Shown: positions 51,942-63,912 of the stretch, in pieces
How the letters are laid out: each line of letters begins with the position of its first letter
Numbering within the stretch: the stretch's first letter is position 1
DNA from: Macrostomum lignano
Lineage: Eukaryota
DNA length: 64,000 nt
Assembly: GCA_002269645.1 (NCBI GenBank)
Contig: NIVC01001448.1
Span: forward strand, 124,001-188,000
Reading direction: 5' to 3'
The notes under the pieces: model-generated
Told to the model about the DNA's origin: nothing
What the model saw: the letters and a program-made list of their open reading frames with translations, nothing else
Database searches by the model: none
Position numbers and translations under genes: made by a program

Positions 51942-52189
51942 TGACAAGCGCTCAGTTATGTTTTTGGCGATTATCAACTCTTAAGTCTGTTGTATGAAGA
52001 ATTTCAGATTTGGGTTTGGATTTTATAACTACTGGAGTACGACCTACTAGTAGCGATGATTTTTCAGCTTACTATAACCAATCAGCTTAGATATTCTCAC
52101 CATTGGCGGAATTTGGTTGGATTATATTTAGACCTTTAGGTAAGATACCAACGTACCGAGTTTTTTTTTGTGTTTCCGTCTATAGTTTT

Positions 52190-53350
52190 GGAGTCAGATA
52201 ATGGTAAATTGTTTCTATTGTTTTGGAGGCAGATAATGGTAGATTGTGTCTTTGGTTTTGGAGTCAGGTAATGGTAGATTGTGTCTATGGTTTTAGAGTC
52301 AGATAATGGTAGATTGTGTCTATGGTTTTGGAGTCAGATAATGGTAGATTGTGTCTATGGTTTTGGAGTCAGATAATGGTAGATTGTGTCTATGGTTTTG
52401 GAGTCAGATAATGGTAGATTGTGTCTATGGTTTTGGAGTCAGATAATGGTAGATTGTGTCTATGGTTTTGAAGGCAGACAATGGTAGATTGTGTCTATGG
52501 TTTTGAAGGCAGATAATGGTAGATTGTGTCTTTGGTTTTGGAGTCAGGTAATGGTAGATTGTGTCTATGGTTTTGGAGTCAGATAATGGTAGATTGTGTC
52601 TATGGTTTTGGAGTCAGATAATGGTAGATTGTGTCTATGGTTTTGAAGGCAGACAATGGTAGATTGTGTCTATGGTTTTGAAGGCAGACAATGGTAGATT
52701 GTGTCTATGGTTTTGGAGGCAGACAATGGTAGATTGTGTCTATGGTTTTGAAGGCAGACAATGGTAGATTGTGTCTATGGTTTTGGAGGCAGACAATGGT
52801 AGATTGTGTCTATGGTTTTGGAGTCAGACAATGGTAGATTGTGTCTATGGTTTTGGAGTCAGATAATGGTAGATTGTGCCTATGGTTTTGGAGTCAGGTA
52901 ATGGTAGATTGTGTCTATGGTTTTGGAGTCAGATAATGGTAGATTGTGTCTATGGTTTTGGAGTCAGATAATGGTAGATTGTGTCTATGGTTTTGGAGTC
53001 AGATAATGGTAGATTGTGTCTATGGTTTTGGAGTCAGGAATTGGTAGATTGTGTCTATGGTTTTAGAGGCAGGTAATGGTAGATTGTGTCTATGGTTTTA
53101 GAGGCAGACAATGGTAGATTGTGTCTATGGTTTTGGAGGCAGGTAATGGTACATGTAGATTGTGTCTATGGTTTTGAAGGCAGACAACGGTAGATTGTGT
53201 CTATGTTTTTTAAGGCAGACAATGGTAGATTGTGTCTATGGTTTTGGAGGCAGGTAATGGTAGATTGTGCTGTCTATGGTTTTGGAGGCAGACAATGGTA
53301 AATTTTTTTTATAGTTTTAAAGGTAGACAATAGTAGATTTGTGTCTATGG
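52190..53350 (+). repeat. 35-bp minisatellite (AGATAATGGTAGATTGTGTCTATGGTTTTGGAGTC)n
   Basis: About 32 units. Confidence 0.96.
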
Positions 53351-53674
53351 TTTTGATTAGGTGAAGGCTGTCGGCCGCGGAAGTCAGAAATTATTCAGAC
53401 ACATGTGATTGACGTGCTGATGAAATTTGAAGGCTTGGCAACACCATTTATAAAAGCGCATTGCTGATTGACGTACTGCATGGCTGGTGATTTAAATCTT
53501 GTTTGAAAAGATGTGCAACAAAAAGCAAGCCCGTTTTCCTGAACTTCGTGTTCCTGGGTTGCTCCATTCCGGCACAAAAAATGTCAGAGCATTGGGAAAT
53601 GGGATCCAAACCTCTTTGCAGTACTTGCAGTAGTACTGTTATGACAATAAAACATATATTAAAGAATTGAAGCA

Positions 53675-54540
53675 TTTGAAGAAGGCATTCGACTTGGTCG
53701 TCAGATTTATGCTGCCAAAAGTGTTCCGTGGGTACAACGTGCCAAAGCAGCTTGTCTCCGCCATCATGACAATGTGCCGCAATATAAAACCGGCTGTTTC
53801 GATACCAATCGGCCTAACAGGCATCTCCAGCTTCAGGGAGATCCGACTCGTTCTGGTGCTTGAATGGGTGCTGTTGATTGCTTATACTACCAACGACGAC
53901 GGCATTCTGCTGCGGCGACGCGTGCCTGGCTACGCCGAAAATCTCGTCCTGCTTTCCTCAACTGTCGAGGTCGCCCAGCAACAACTGGACAAGCTAGTTG
54001 CTGTTGCGGTGAGTGTCGGCCTGGTGGTCAAGCGGCCTGGCGTGTCGGAATAAATCAAGGCTGCAATTTTGTGCCGAGGTGCAGATGAAGCAGGCGACGG
54101 AGCTTCGACGTTACCAGCAGTTCATCTACCTCTGCGGTCTGGTTCCCGGCGTCCTCGAGGATCTGCAACATCGCCGCGGGCTGCCTTTCGTTCTTTAAAG
54201 CCAGTCCTGCAGTCCGAGGCCCTACACCTGATCGCCAGAGGGCAGCGTTGTTCCAGGCAGTGGTCGAGACCGTCCTGCTGTACGAAGCTGAGATCTGGAC
54301 GCTGACGCACTCGCTCGAACTACAAGTAGACGCGGGACACGCTGGCCTGCTGCGCGCCGCCTTCAAGATCAGCGACGAGCTCGAGTTTCCATTGCGACAC
54401 TGAATCGCCCCACCGGCCTGGTCCGTCCAAGCGACCTGTTGCGCCGTCAGCGGCTTCAGCTGGCGGGTCACATCATCCGCGCCGAGTTGCACTGCCCATT
54501 GCCGGTGCAGGAGGTGCTGCTGCTGATGCTGTACTTTGCA
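53675..54540 (+). pseudogene. 5'-truncated, frameshifted non-LTR retrotransposon RT fragment (RTE-like)
   Basis: KKAFDLV...YNVPKQLVSAI, GYAEN (degenerate YADD)...QQQLDKL..VGLVV, FIYLCG, LFQAVVETVLLY.AEIWTL, RLQLAGHI. Confidence 0.8.
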
Positions 54541-55324
54541 ATAGATAATTCACTATGAAATTTATTGATGAACCAGTAGCAAAAAGGACCGGAAAGTACT
54601 ACGACATCGTTAGCTACATTAATAAGGGAATTTAACCGGCCTCCAGTATAAAGCTTTCGTAGTTTAAATCTCAATCAAGAGTACGAGCGTAGTGTTTTTT
54701 TCGGAAAACCTGAGAACCTTCAAAAGTTTTCAAAGACAACAATTGCACCGTTACTTTTCACCTGGTGAGACAACTTAGTCGCGGTTCAAACGATGAGTTA
54801 GGCATGGAATTTTCCCCAAGAGCTGCCTTCTTTATGCAGAGAACTTCGTGACTATAAGCCGGCACTCTAAATAGGCAACGGAGGGTTTAAGCCAGCCCTG
54901 GGAGAACAATTCCGCTGCTTGCGCAGCAATTATACAGTCTTTCGCGGGTCTTTCGCAAAAGAAATCCCCAAATTCACGTATTGGCAGTGGCGCCATTGAG
55001 GCCCTCATCAGCTGCAAGGCAGCATTGCAGCGACCTTGCTTGAGACTGGCTGAGTATACTCTTAGTTATGGCCTACGAATACAATGCTGCAAAAAGGTGT
55101 CTGGAAAGTTTTGAGAGCTTCCAAGGCTCTACATTAATGATGAGGCCAACAGCAGCTGACTACACTTGTAGATTTTTTCCAGGCGTGTAGCTAAAAATTT
55201 TGACAAGTTTCTGACAATTCCACTACATGAGTCCGTAGCTTCCAAGTGCCCCCTCTAGTCGTTATAAAGTAAACGCTGCGGGCTCTTCTTCTGCGCTTCA
55301 CTTCTCTCTTTTAGTTTGACACAA

Positions 55325-56413
55325 ATGTCTCGACTGTACCGACCGGTCTTTTATACGACTTTTCAGTTTGTTCTTCTGTTGGCAGCTGTCCTTCCAGAAG
55401 CAAACGGAACTGCCGAGAGCAAGTCAGTTCTGCTTTCCGTTCGAAAATGTCCATCGGTCACGAACCTCGCTACACTGAGCCCGGACAACTCCGCTAAAGA
55501 CTTAGCCGGCTGTGCAGCCCAGTGCGCCCGCTCCGCTGCCTGTGCCGGCATTCATTACTCCGCAGCGCTGTCGAAATGCTACCTGGGTAATCTAGATCAG
55601 CTGAGCTCGCTCTGGAATACGCTGAGCACCTCCGACTCGGATGGATGCGTGAGCTACGTCTCTCCCGCCATCAGAGATTCGCTTATGGCCGAACCAACCG
55701 ACCTTCCGACTACAACAGCCGCTCCCCTGACGATTCCTGGACTTACCGCTTCAACCGCTGCGAAGTTGGTGATTTTGATCGATTTTCGACAGGGTTACAC
55801 CAACCTGGCCAACCCGTCCAAGTATGCGGCCACACCCTACGGCTCCATCACCCGAGATAATCAGGGAGCCCATTTTCCGGGAACAAACTCGGACTACATC
55901 GAGATTGACACCGATCGATTCAGTCTGGCTACAACTTACTTGAATTCGTCTTGTAACTTCACCTTCTTTGTAAAGCTGGTTAGGCAGACTTGGAACCAGC
56001 AGAATTATCACCTGTTTCACGACTGCAGCGGCAATCTTAGAGCTGAGTTCTGCGATCGCGTCGGCAAGTTGCACATCAGCCATTCATTTCCGGAGAAACC
56101 TGTCCTGCTGGATCAAACGGAGACTGTCGATTCAACCGCCGAGCTGTTGAACCGGGCCAACATCCTCCAGGGTGTTGCAGCCGCTGCCGTCTTCACTGGC
56201 GTCAACTTGTCGGCGCTTTACTTCAACGGCTCCGCGGTGGCCAATAGCGGGGACTTGAACCATGCCTACAACGGCGACCTGCAGTGCCTCCGTCTCGGCC
56301 ACAATGCAGCCTCCAGCGCCGCTCTCAAAGGTCGCTACATCTGCTACGCCGTTGCCAATGCCGCTCTCACTGCCGATGAGATTGTCGAACTAAACCAGTA
56401 CTGCGGCAATTGA
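55325..56413 (+). CDS. Secreted single-exon protein (362 aa): PAN/apple domain + Thr-rich linker + concanavalin-A/LamG-like domain
   Basis: Signal peptide ending VLLLAAVLPEANG; CAAQCARSAACAGIHYS...KCYL; LamG3-like GAHFPG..DYIEI...FTFFVKL...LRLG...ALTADEIVEL; TATA at about 55263. Confidence 0.8.
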   Translation: MSRLYRPVFYTTFQFVLLLAAVLPEANGTAESKSVLLSVRKCPSVTNLATLSPDNSAKDLAGCAAQCARSAACAGIHYSAALSKCYLGNLDQLSSLWNTLSTSDSDGCVSYVSPAIRDSLMAEPTDLPTTTAAPLTIPGLTASTAAKLVILIDFRQGYTNLANPSKYAATPYGSITRDNQGAHFPGTNSDYIEIDTDRFSLATTYLNSSCNFTFFVKLVRQTWNQQNYHLFHDCSGNLRAEFCDRVGKLHISHSFPEKPVLLDQTETVDSTAELLNRANILQGVAAAAVFTGVNLSALYFNGSAVANSGDLNHAYNGDLQCLRLGHNAASSAALKGRYICYAVANAALTADEIVELNQYCGN

Positions 56414-58709
56414 TTTGCACACCTGGACTGGATAACTGGAACTTGGAGCCAAAAACCTTTAAAGCCAAGAACAGTAAAATCTTACTGAAAATACCTTTTG
56501 GAAACTATTTTTTAAGTTGCTAAGAGTTTTGTTTGAAAAATTTTAATTTGAAAGTTGGTTTGACCATTGCAGCCAATTAATATATTACTGAGCTTGTTAA
56601 TTAAAATAACGTTTTTATTATGAACTATATTCGAGTTTGTAAGAACTACGACCCACAAAAAAATACCATTGAGATACGAAGACTTGCGCTTTCATACGGG
56701 TTTTTTTTAGTTTTTTTTTGTACATCATAAATTTTAGGGGTGTATTTTAAACAAAATCACTACAATTCTATTTGCTCTCGTTGCTAACATGTTTTTCATG
56801 TGGCTAGAAGAAAAAATTAACAGTTACAAATAAAAATTGTGACAGCAAATACCGAGACAAGTAAGTAGTAAAAACGAGTAATTAAGCAAATTTGTTTAAC
56901 TAGAGGCATCTGTTTCGATGTATTTTGGTTTATTGATTAAAAACAATCCTCGATAGTTACTACTTGAATCATTAAAGGCTGCAGAAGTAATAATGGAAGA
57001 ACATAGCTCTTCTACGAGCATATTTAGGTTTGTCACGATATAGGATGTACATTGTACAAGGTACTGAGTTGCGGTTTTGTTATAATGAGATTAAAAACAC
57101 CTAAATCTATCGAACGCTACACATTGTTTGTATCACAACAAAATTTGGATTGCAATGACAACAAAAAGACGTAAGTTTTTGCCCTTTTTAGGATTTTCTA
57201 AAATATCGAGCTATTGAATTGAGTCAGTACACTCGTACTGGATCGTTATAAATCTTTTTATGCTCGCTGATGATGGCCTGAAGGGGATACCAACAATGGA
57301 TAATTAGTCAAGAACTGAAAAACAGTGTAAAGCTGCACTTTTGCTGTCGACGGATTCCTCTGTTGGACCGTTGTAAAATAATCGAAAATTCTATCTCTCT
57401 ACGTCCCATTAGACCCAAGTGAGCAGGGGGACATCCTACAATTAAATACACTACGGAGCTAGATAGGTACTTTTTCAGCACAAAAAATGTTATTGCTTTC
57501 GATAGGAAGCAGACTCAAATGTTCAGCTTTTAATATGCTGTGCCTTCCTTATAGCTCAATTGATATTCATAAAGCTTTTCGTTCAAAAAATAAGGATTCT
57601 ATGTTAATTTCTAATTATTTTACGTACAATTGCTCATGTCCTGTCTAAAAACCATTGAAATGAGACGGCTCAGCTCATTGGTTTTATGAGTCTATTTTGT
57701 CATTCCTACATGTGGCTGACTGCGTAACAATATGTGTAACAGAGATGATAAAATCGATTCATAAAACCAAATATTCCAGCTTTGACACCATGCATTTTTA
57801 TGATTTCTATGTACAGGAAATTAACGTAGGATAAAAAATTAACATAGAATCATAATTTTCCGAACGAAAAGCTTTATGAATATCAAAAGAGCAATAAGAA
57901 TAAAGGCGCAAAAATGAGCGCCTGTGGAGCTAAAATGAGCGAAAAATGCACATGTAGGAATTTTGTAATGCATATACACGTACATGTAGGATTCTTGGCT
58001 TTGTCCCTCCACCATAAAATCCATTAGCGACGCGCCAGACCATGGCAGAATGTCAAACTCAATCGTCAATGCGTCTGATGGCAGATCAACGACCCGAGAA
58101 TGCTAATTTGTCATAAGATTACCATTTAATTCATACATGTATTAGCATTTATCGATCATATATCACTTGTGGCATTTTTTGTATTGAAAGTAAGAATCCT
58201 GGATTAAAGCTTTATCTGTTTTCCCTGGTTCCGGTCGTATTTAACAGTATTTAAATTACAAGAAACTAATTTAAAGCCAGGTAAATTTCTCCAATGTTTC
58301 TCTGCAAAGCAGCGCTACAACGAAAAACTGCCTAAAATTAACCGAAATCGATTTCACTAATGCAATCAAACTACTTCTTATTAGCATATTAGTACATGTA
58401 CACATTCATCATGTTTAATAATTCAACATTCTCTGTAACGTTGCAACTCTATTTTTTCCACTTAAATTCGTACAAATTCAAATATTCAACGCAACGAGGC
58501 GCATAACAAAGCAACTTCTCGAATTGAAGCCGATAAAAATCTAAACACTCGTAACTACGGAAACTGTACAGCTATCTAAATTAATTTGAAGCAGATGACG
58601 ACAAGAGAAACTGTTGAATCAGGCAACAAACCAGTGGCTTTCACCAGCTTTGCGTCTCAAGAAGTCGGCCAGATCTGCTGGCAAAGTCTGTCTTGAAGGC
58701 CCTGAGCGG

Positions 58710-60630
58710 CTACATCAGCGAGCACTTGGATCCAGAAGACAGTTTGGCCAGAAAATCGTGCTCCAGCAGCTCCTTCGCCGGCACCCTCTCGCCGACGTTT
58801 CTCTCCGTGCAGCACCCGTAGAATCGCCGCAGATCCCTCGAGCAGCCATCGGGCAGAGGCGGCGCGCCGCTCGTCTGCAGCAGCTCCGGCAGCGTCCAGG
58901 AGTTCCTGCGGTCGGGAAACGGCCGCCTGCCCGAAGCCATCTGGTAGACTGAGCAGCCGAACGCCCAGATGTCGGAGGCTGGGCTGCAACGCTGCTCAGG
59001 GTCGAGCAGCTCCGGTGTCATGAAGCGAAATGAGAGTCTGGGAGCGGCTTCTGCGGCGGCTGATGAGGCGGAGCCGACAGCCTCCAGCAGCCTGGATGAC
59101 AATCCGAAGCCAATCAGCTTGACGTGCACGTTGTCGGCCAGCACCATGATGTGACTGCAGTCGATTGCGCCGTGGACCACCGGTGGCTCTCGGCTGTGCA
59201 AGTAGAGCAGAGCCCTGCAGATCTGGATACAAGTGGGTGCTGGTTGGAGGTGGGTAAGGTTGCATGTTCTATATTAGAGGTAGGGCGCACTTCGAGTAAG
59301 CGACATTGTCACAACACAACCGGCGAGAGGCATTACAGTCATACGCACAGGCACACACTCACAGGTATGTACAGCGGCCCTGACTTTATTTATCGCTAGG
59401 CATGTACACCTCACTTAGCCTTGGGGGTTGGCCCTCAAGGCCGTTAATTGCACGAGCAGTGCAAAGCCGAGATTTTAGTTTAGCCTTAAAGTAATGTGAC
59501 TGCAAAAGGAATCGAGCTTGGGCCGCTGGTACATCAGAGCGCCGCGCTAGATCACTGGGCTACGGCCTCTTCTCAGGTGCAGATGAGTGCAGTTGAGTTG
59601 CGGTTTTAATTTTCAATTCAAAACAGCTCCATGTACTGCTCAAGCTCTTACCTGCTTGCAATAAGAGGCTTCTCATGAGGCTTCTCATCAATAAACGCCT
59701 CCAGGGTGCGGCCGTCCAGCAGCTCCAGAATCTGAGCTAGATGCAACATTTTCACAATGTTCTTGTGCCGCAGGTGAAGCAAGGGTGACTGAGCAGACCC
59801 AAGTCAAGATTTAAGTTTAGCCCCTGACTTGCACTTGGAATCGACCCTGAGCCGCTGGTACATCATGATAAAATTCAGCAGTTCAAATTGGGTCAAAGCA
59901 AATTAAAGGGATAAACTTAAACCGCTGAACGCGTCTGATTCTTGCGCCATGATCCCGGGTCGATTATTAGAAAGTCTGTGTTGCTGTACACCCTGTGTGA
60001 GTGTGTGTATGAGTGCCGTGCCTGCGGACAGCATTGACGCGCTTGGTTGTGCTCAGGAGTCAGTGGAGGCTTTTTCGTTGTCCCTGACGATGTCCAGCGC
60101 GGTCCGGCCCCTGCTGTTTGTGAGGCTCCAGTCCGCGCCAGCAGCCAGGCAGAATCCCAGCAATTCGACTGCAGCCAGCCGTCTGTCCGCCAGCTGCATG
60201 AGGGCCGTGCATTCGGTTTTAGGACTTCTTGCGTTGGCGGAGGCTCCCGTATCCAGCTGCATAGTGCACCAGACTGCCTTCTTTGATGCTGACCATTACA
60301 GTGGGGTCTCCCAGATTCAGAAGTAGCTTCTAAGCCTGTATGTCAATTGGAGCATCGCTCTGTGCTGCAGAGAACAGCAGGGTACGACCCATTAGATTGG
60401 AAATGTTGCAGTTGAATCGAGATACCGCCTTCCTCAGACCAGCCAAATCTCCTTCGTCTAACAGTCGCTTCAACTCGAGCAACTCATTGGTTTCCTAAAT
60501 GAAGAAAAAGTATTACGCATAGCACAACTGTGTAGCAGAATTTCCAATGCTTTTACAGCACTGGCTGGAGCCACTTACCGAATTTGGGAGTACCAAACAT
60601 CCTTCGACAGTATTGATCAGTCGGTTTTCG
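58710..60630 (-). pseudogene. Disrupted ankyrin-repeat + Ser/Thr kinase-like gene
   Basis: Exon 60630-60579; ankyrin exon from 60494 with in-frame TAG at 60330-60332 and a frameshift; kinase piece LRHKNIV...59652; last exon 59222-58710 (VHGAIDCSHI, KLIGFG, FMTPE, SDIWAFGC, LLEHDFL). Kinase subdomains I-III are absent and the splice phase mismatches. Confidence 0.75.
59325..59566 (-). mobile_element. tRNA-derived SINE, family 1 (second copy; further fragments near 59785-59865 and, inverted, 59985-60030)
   Basis: Homology to 40660-40927; minus strand GTAGCCCAGTGATCTAG...GCTCGATTCC. Confidence 0.8.
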
Positions 60631-60844
60631 CTGCAGGTTTGAAACAGGAAAGCTAAAGCCAGTCAGAGTAGTGGCGTAAACAGAAAGGGTACAGGGGCAG
60701 CCTCATCATTGCCACCACAACAACTCTGCGCTACTTTAAAAACTAAATGAAAGAGATAACTAAACTGAAACAATGCAGGAACTCAACTTTTGCCACATCT
60801 TTGACATGGCATCCACCTATCCAGGAGATTATGGGTATGGGCGG

Positions 60845-61545
60845 CAACCAAGAGACAGGGGCACCCACAAAGAGACAGGGGCACCCACCAAGAGACAGGG
60901 GCACCCACCAAGAGACAGGGGCGCCCACAAAAAGACAGGGGCGCCCACCAAGAGACAGGGTCACCCACAAAAAGACAGGGGCGCCCACAAAGAGACAGGG
61001 GCGCCCACCAAGAGACAGGGGCGCCCACCAAGAGACTCTCCCAGATAGCAAGCATCCCCCAGATAACAAGCATCCTCCCAGATAGCAAGCATTCCCCAGA
61101 TAGCAAGCATCCTTCCAGATAGCAAGCATCCTCCCAGATAGCAAGCATCCCCCAGATAGCAAGCATCCTTCCAGATAGCAAGCATCCTCCCAGATAGCAA
61201 GCATCCCCCAGATAGCAAGCATCCTTCCAGATAGCAAGCATCCCCCAGATAGCAAGCATCTTTCCAGATGTTTGCTATGAATCTCTTTTTTACTAACATT
61301 AACAAAGACGACAAAATAAAGCTTTCTCAAAGATAGCAGACATTCCCCTAAATAGAAAATATCCCCAAGACAGCAAGCATCCCCCAGATAGCAAGCATCC
61401 CCCAAATAGCAAGCACCCCCCCCTCCAAGAGTAATCAACCGCAGATAGCAAGTATCCCCCCTCCAAGAGTAATCAACCGCAGATAGCAAGCATCCCCTCA
61501 GATAGCAAGCATCCACCAGACAGCAAGCAGCTAATGCAAATATTT
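60845..61545. repeat. Composite minisatellite: 21-bp CACCAAGAGACAGGGGCGCC units fused to CCAGATAGCAAGCATCC units
   Basis: Abrupt switch at about 61035 between two families seen separately elsewhere in the window. Confidence 0.9.
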
Positions 61546-62019
61546 TCTCAGCTAATGCAATAATCGCTTTTTCAGGTTGTGCAATAAAGCATGTCTCATC
61601 TAGTGCAATGATCATTTACTCATCAAGTGCAATAATCCTTAGTTTTAGTGTAGTGATCCGCTAGTTGATGTTAAGCGTCCCACTTTGTCAGCAGTCTCCC
61701 TCGCCCTCGCCCTGGGTTGCTGTCTGCCGCTGGTCAGCTTCCCACCCCCCTTGGCCCGTCTGTTGCTCCCCTTGGCCTGTTCTGCCCTTCTGCGTCTCTG
61801 TTCTCAGCCCTCAGCTTCTCTGCTGTGGGCTGTCTCTGTTTCGTTCCCGTCCCGTTTTCCTCTGTCATGTGAGCAAGTCACATGACAGACTCTGCGTTCT
61901 TCGAGTCCTAAAGTGCAGTAAACATGTTTACTGCACTCGTTGGCCCTGTTTACCGGGAGAATCACGTGCTTTCGGACCCCTCCCTTCTCTAAGGAGAGGA
62001 GTGACTCATGTTGCTAAAA

Positions 62020-63310
62020 ATAGCAACTGAGTCACAGCCGCGTGTACTCTGGCCGGAGACCTCAAGTGACGTCAGTTCTAAAAATAGAACGAGTCACGAG
62101 GTCTTGCGCGCACTGAGACCCTGCCTCGAGATCTCAAGTGACGTCAGTTCTAAAAATAGAACAAGTCACGAGGTCTTGTGCGTGGGTGTTTCCCGGCTAT
62201 AAATAGGACCCCTCTCCCCTTGTTTCTGTCAAGGATGTGGCTTCTTATCTGCGAAGAATTCACTAAGATCCCGTGTGCGTCAGTGTCTAACTAAGTGCCC
62301 TTTGCGTACTGAATCCGTTTGTACTGGTCTGACTGAGACCCCACTAAAGCCCAAGCCTAAGGGAGGCTAACACTGCCTTCCCAGCCACCCCTGAGCCCGG
62401 CGGGGATCTGCTGATCAGGACGCCTTGTTCGTTAATCTGCAAATCTGCACGCTGTGCTGAGTTCGTTGACTTGTTTATTTCGTTCCGACGGGAAGCTCAC
62501 CTCATCGAAGGCCGAGACCTGAAGGAACTGGTGGCAGCACTACCTACGCTACTGAGAGTTGAGAGAACTTCCCACTAAACAGGCTCGAGTCATAAGGTAA
62601 TCCGCAAGGGCCTAATCCGGGAAGCAAACAGCCTGTACTTCACTGGTGGCAGCGGTGGGATTCAAAGACCTACCAGGCCACCCCGAGAAACCCCATACTA
62701 TTTCACTGGTAAGTCACGAGGTCTTCCGCGCGCTTGTACCCTGCCTGAGACTCTCGAGTGACGTCAGTTCTAAAAATAGAACAAGTCACGAGGTCTGGAG
62801 CGTGGGAATTTCCCGGCTATAAATAGGAGCCCTCTCCCCCTTGTTTCCGTCAAGGAGTCTTCCTTCTGTTCAACCTCGAGTTCTACGTCCGCGTGTGACT
62901 AAGTCCCGAGTGTCCGAGTCTTTGCGCACATTGATTCTGTTCCTATTGCTCCGACTGAGACCCGACCAAACCAACCCAAGTCTACGAGAGGCTAACTCAG
63001 CCCTCCCTGTACCATCCTAGCCCGGCAGGTACTGCTGACGAGACGCCTTATACGTTGAGCTGCAAATCTGCACGTCGTGCTGTGTTCGTTGACTTCATTA
63101 TTTCGTTCCGACGGGAAGCTCACCTCACCGAAGGCCGAGACCTGAAGGAACTGGTGGCAGCACTACCTACGCTACTGAGAGAGTTGAGAGAACTTCCCAC
63201 TGAAGAGGCCCGAGTCTGAAGGTAATCCGCAAGGGCCTAAACCGGGAAGAAACCCCAATGTACTTCACTGGTGGCAGCGGTGGGATTCAAAGACCTACCA
63301 GGCCACCCAG
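62020..63310 (+). mobile_element. Tandem pair (~624-bp period) of non-coding LTR-like units, each with TATA box and tRNA-Leu PBS (Gypsy-type, TRIM-like)
   Basis: PBS TGGTGGCAGCGGTGGGATTC at 62644-62663 and 63269-63288 is complementary to the 3' end (incl. CCA) of metazoan tRNA-Leu(AAG/TAG). CTATAAATAGG occurs in both units. No gag or pol ORF. The 5' boundary is uncertain (possibly 61669). Confidence 0.75.
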
Positions 63311-63912
63311 GCCACTTCATTAGCAAGGCAAGAATTACTGCACTTGAAAAACCAAGGTAACTAAGGTAATGCCTTGCTAAAACTACCTGCACTAGATAGG
63401 ACGACATAGTCAGACCAATTTTTTAGTGAGGCTTTTATCCACAGTGAACTGGTTAGGTTACTGGGATACAGAGACACATACTTGTCGGACACGTGCACAT
63501 TTGTTAAGTTAAACCTAGTTCGATGTAACTGAATAGTGTTTTTATTTGTGCCCAACAAGCAATTAATATGGAAGTGGGAGTTTGTAAGAGTCTCTTTTCC
63601 GTGTCAAAAATTTGTAACGATTTACAGGAAGACAAGTTTCAGTGGATCTGGATGAAAGACACGTTTAAGGTTGCGACGAAAGAAGACGCCCCAAATATTT
63701 GATTAGAAAATTTCGGCTGTGCTGAAATTGTAGTTGTAGTTGACAATCTATTAAAGTAGATATCTTTCATTGGGTTGAAAAATCGCAAATTTTATAGACT
63801 GATATGGCTACTGCTAGTAGTAGCCGTTTATCAGAATTAAACTCTGAGGTGTATATAAAGAGAGGTAGAAGATGAAGCAATTTCTTCTCGAGAAACGCCA
63901 GAACCAGCAGCA

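Noticed and set aside
53395-53675. Cys-containing minus-strand ORFs next to the RT fragment
   Set aside because: No recognisable domain, splice context or start; may be unrelated decayed sequence.
63020-63075. Hammerhead ribozyme core (CTGACGAG) suggesting Penelope pseudo-LTRs
   Set aside because: There is no properly placed GAAA or stem II, the other unit has CTGATCAG, and the tRNA PBS points to an LTR element instead.
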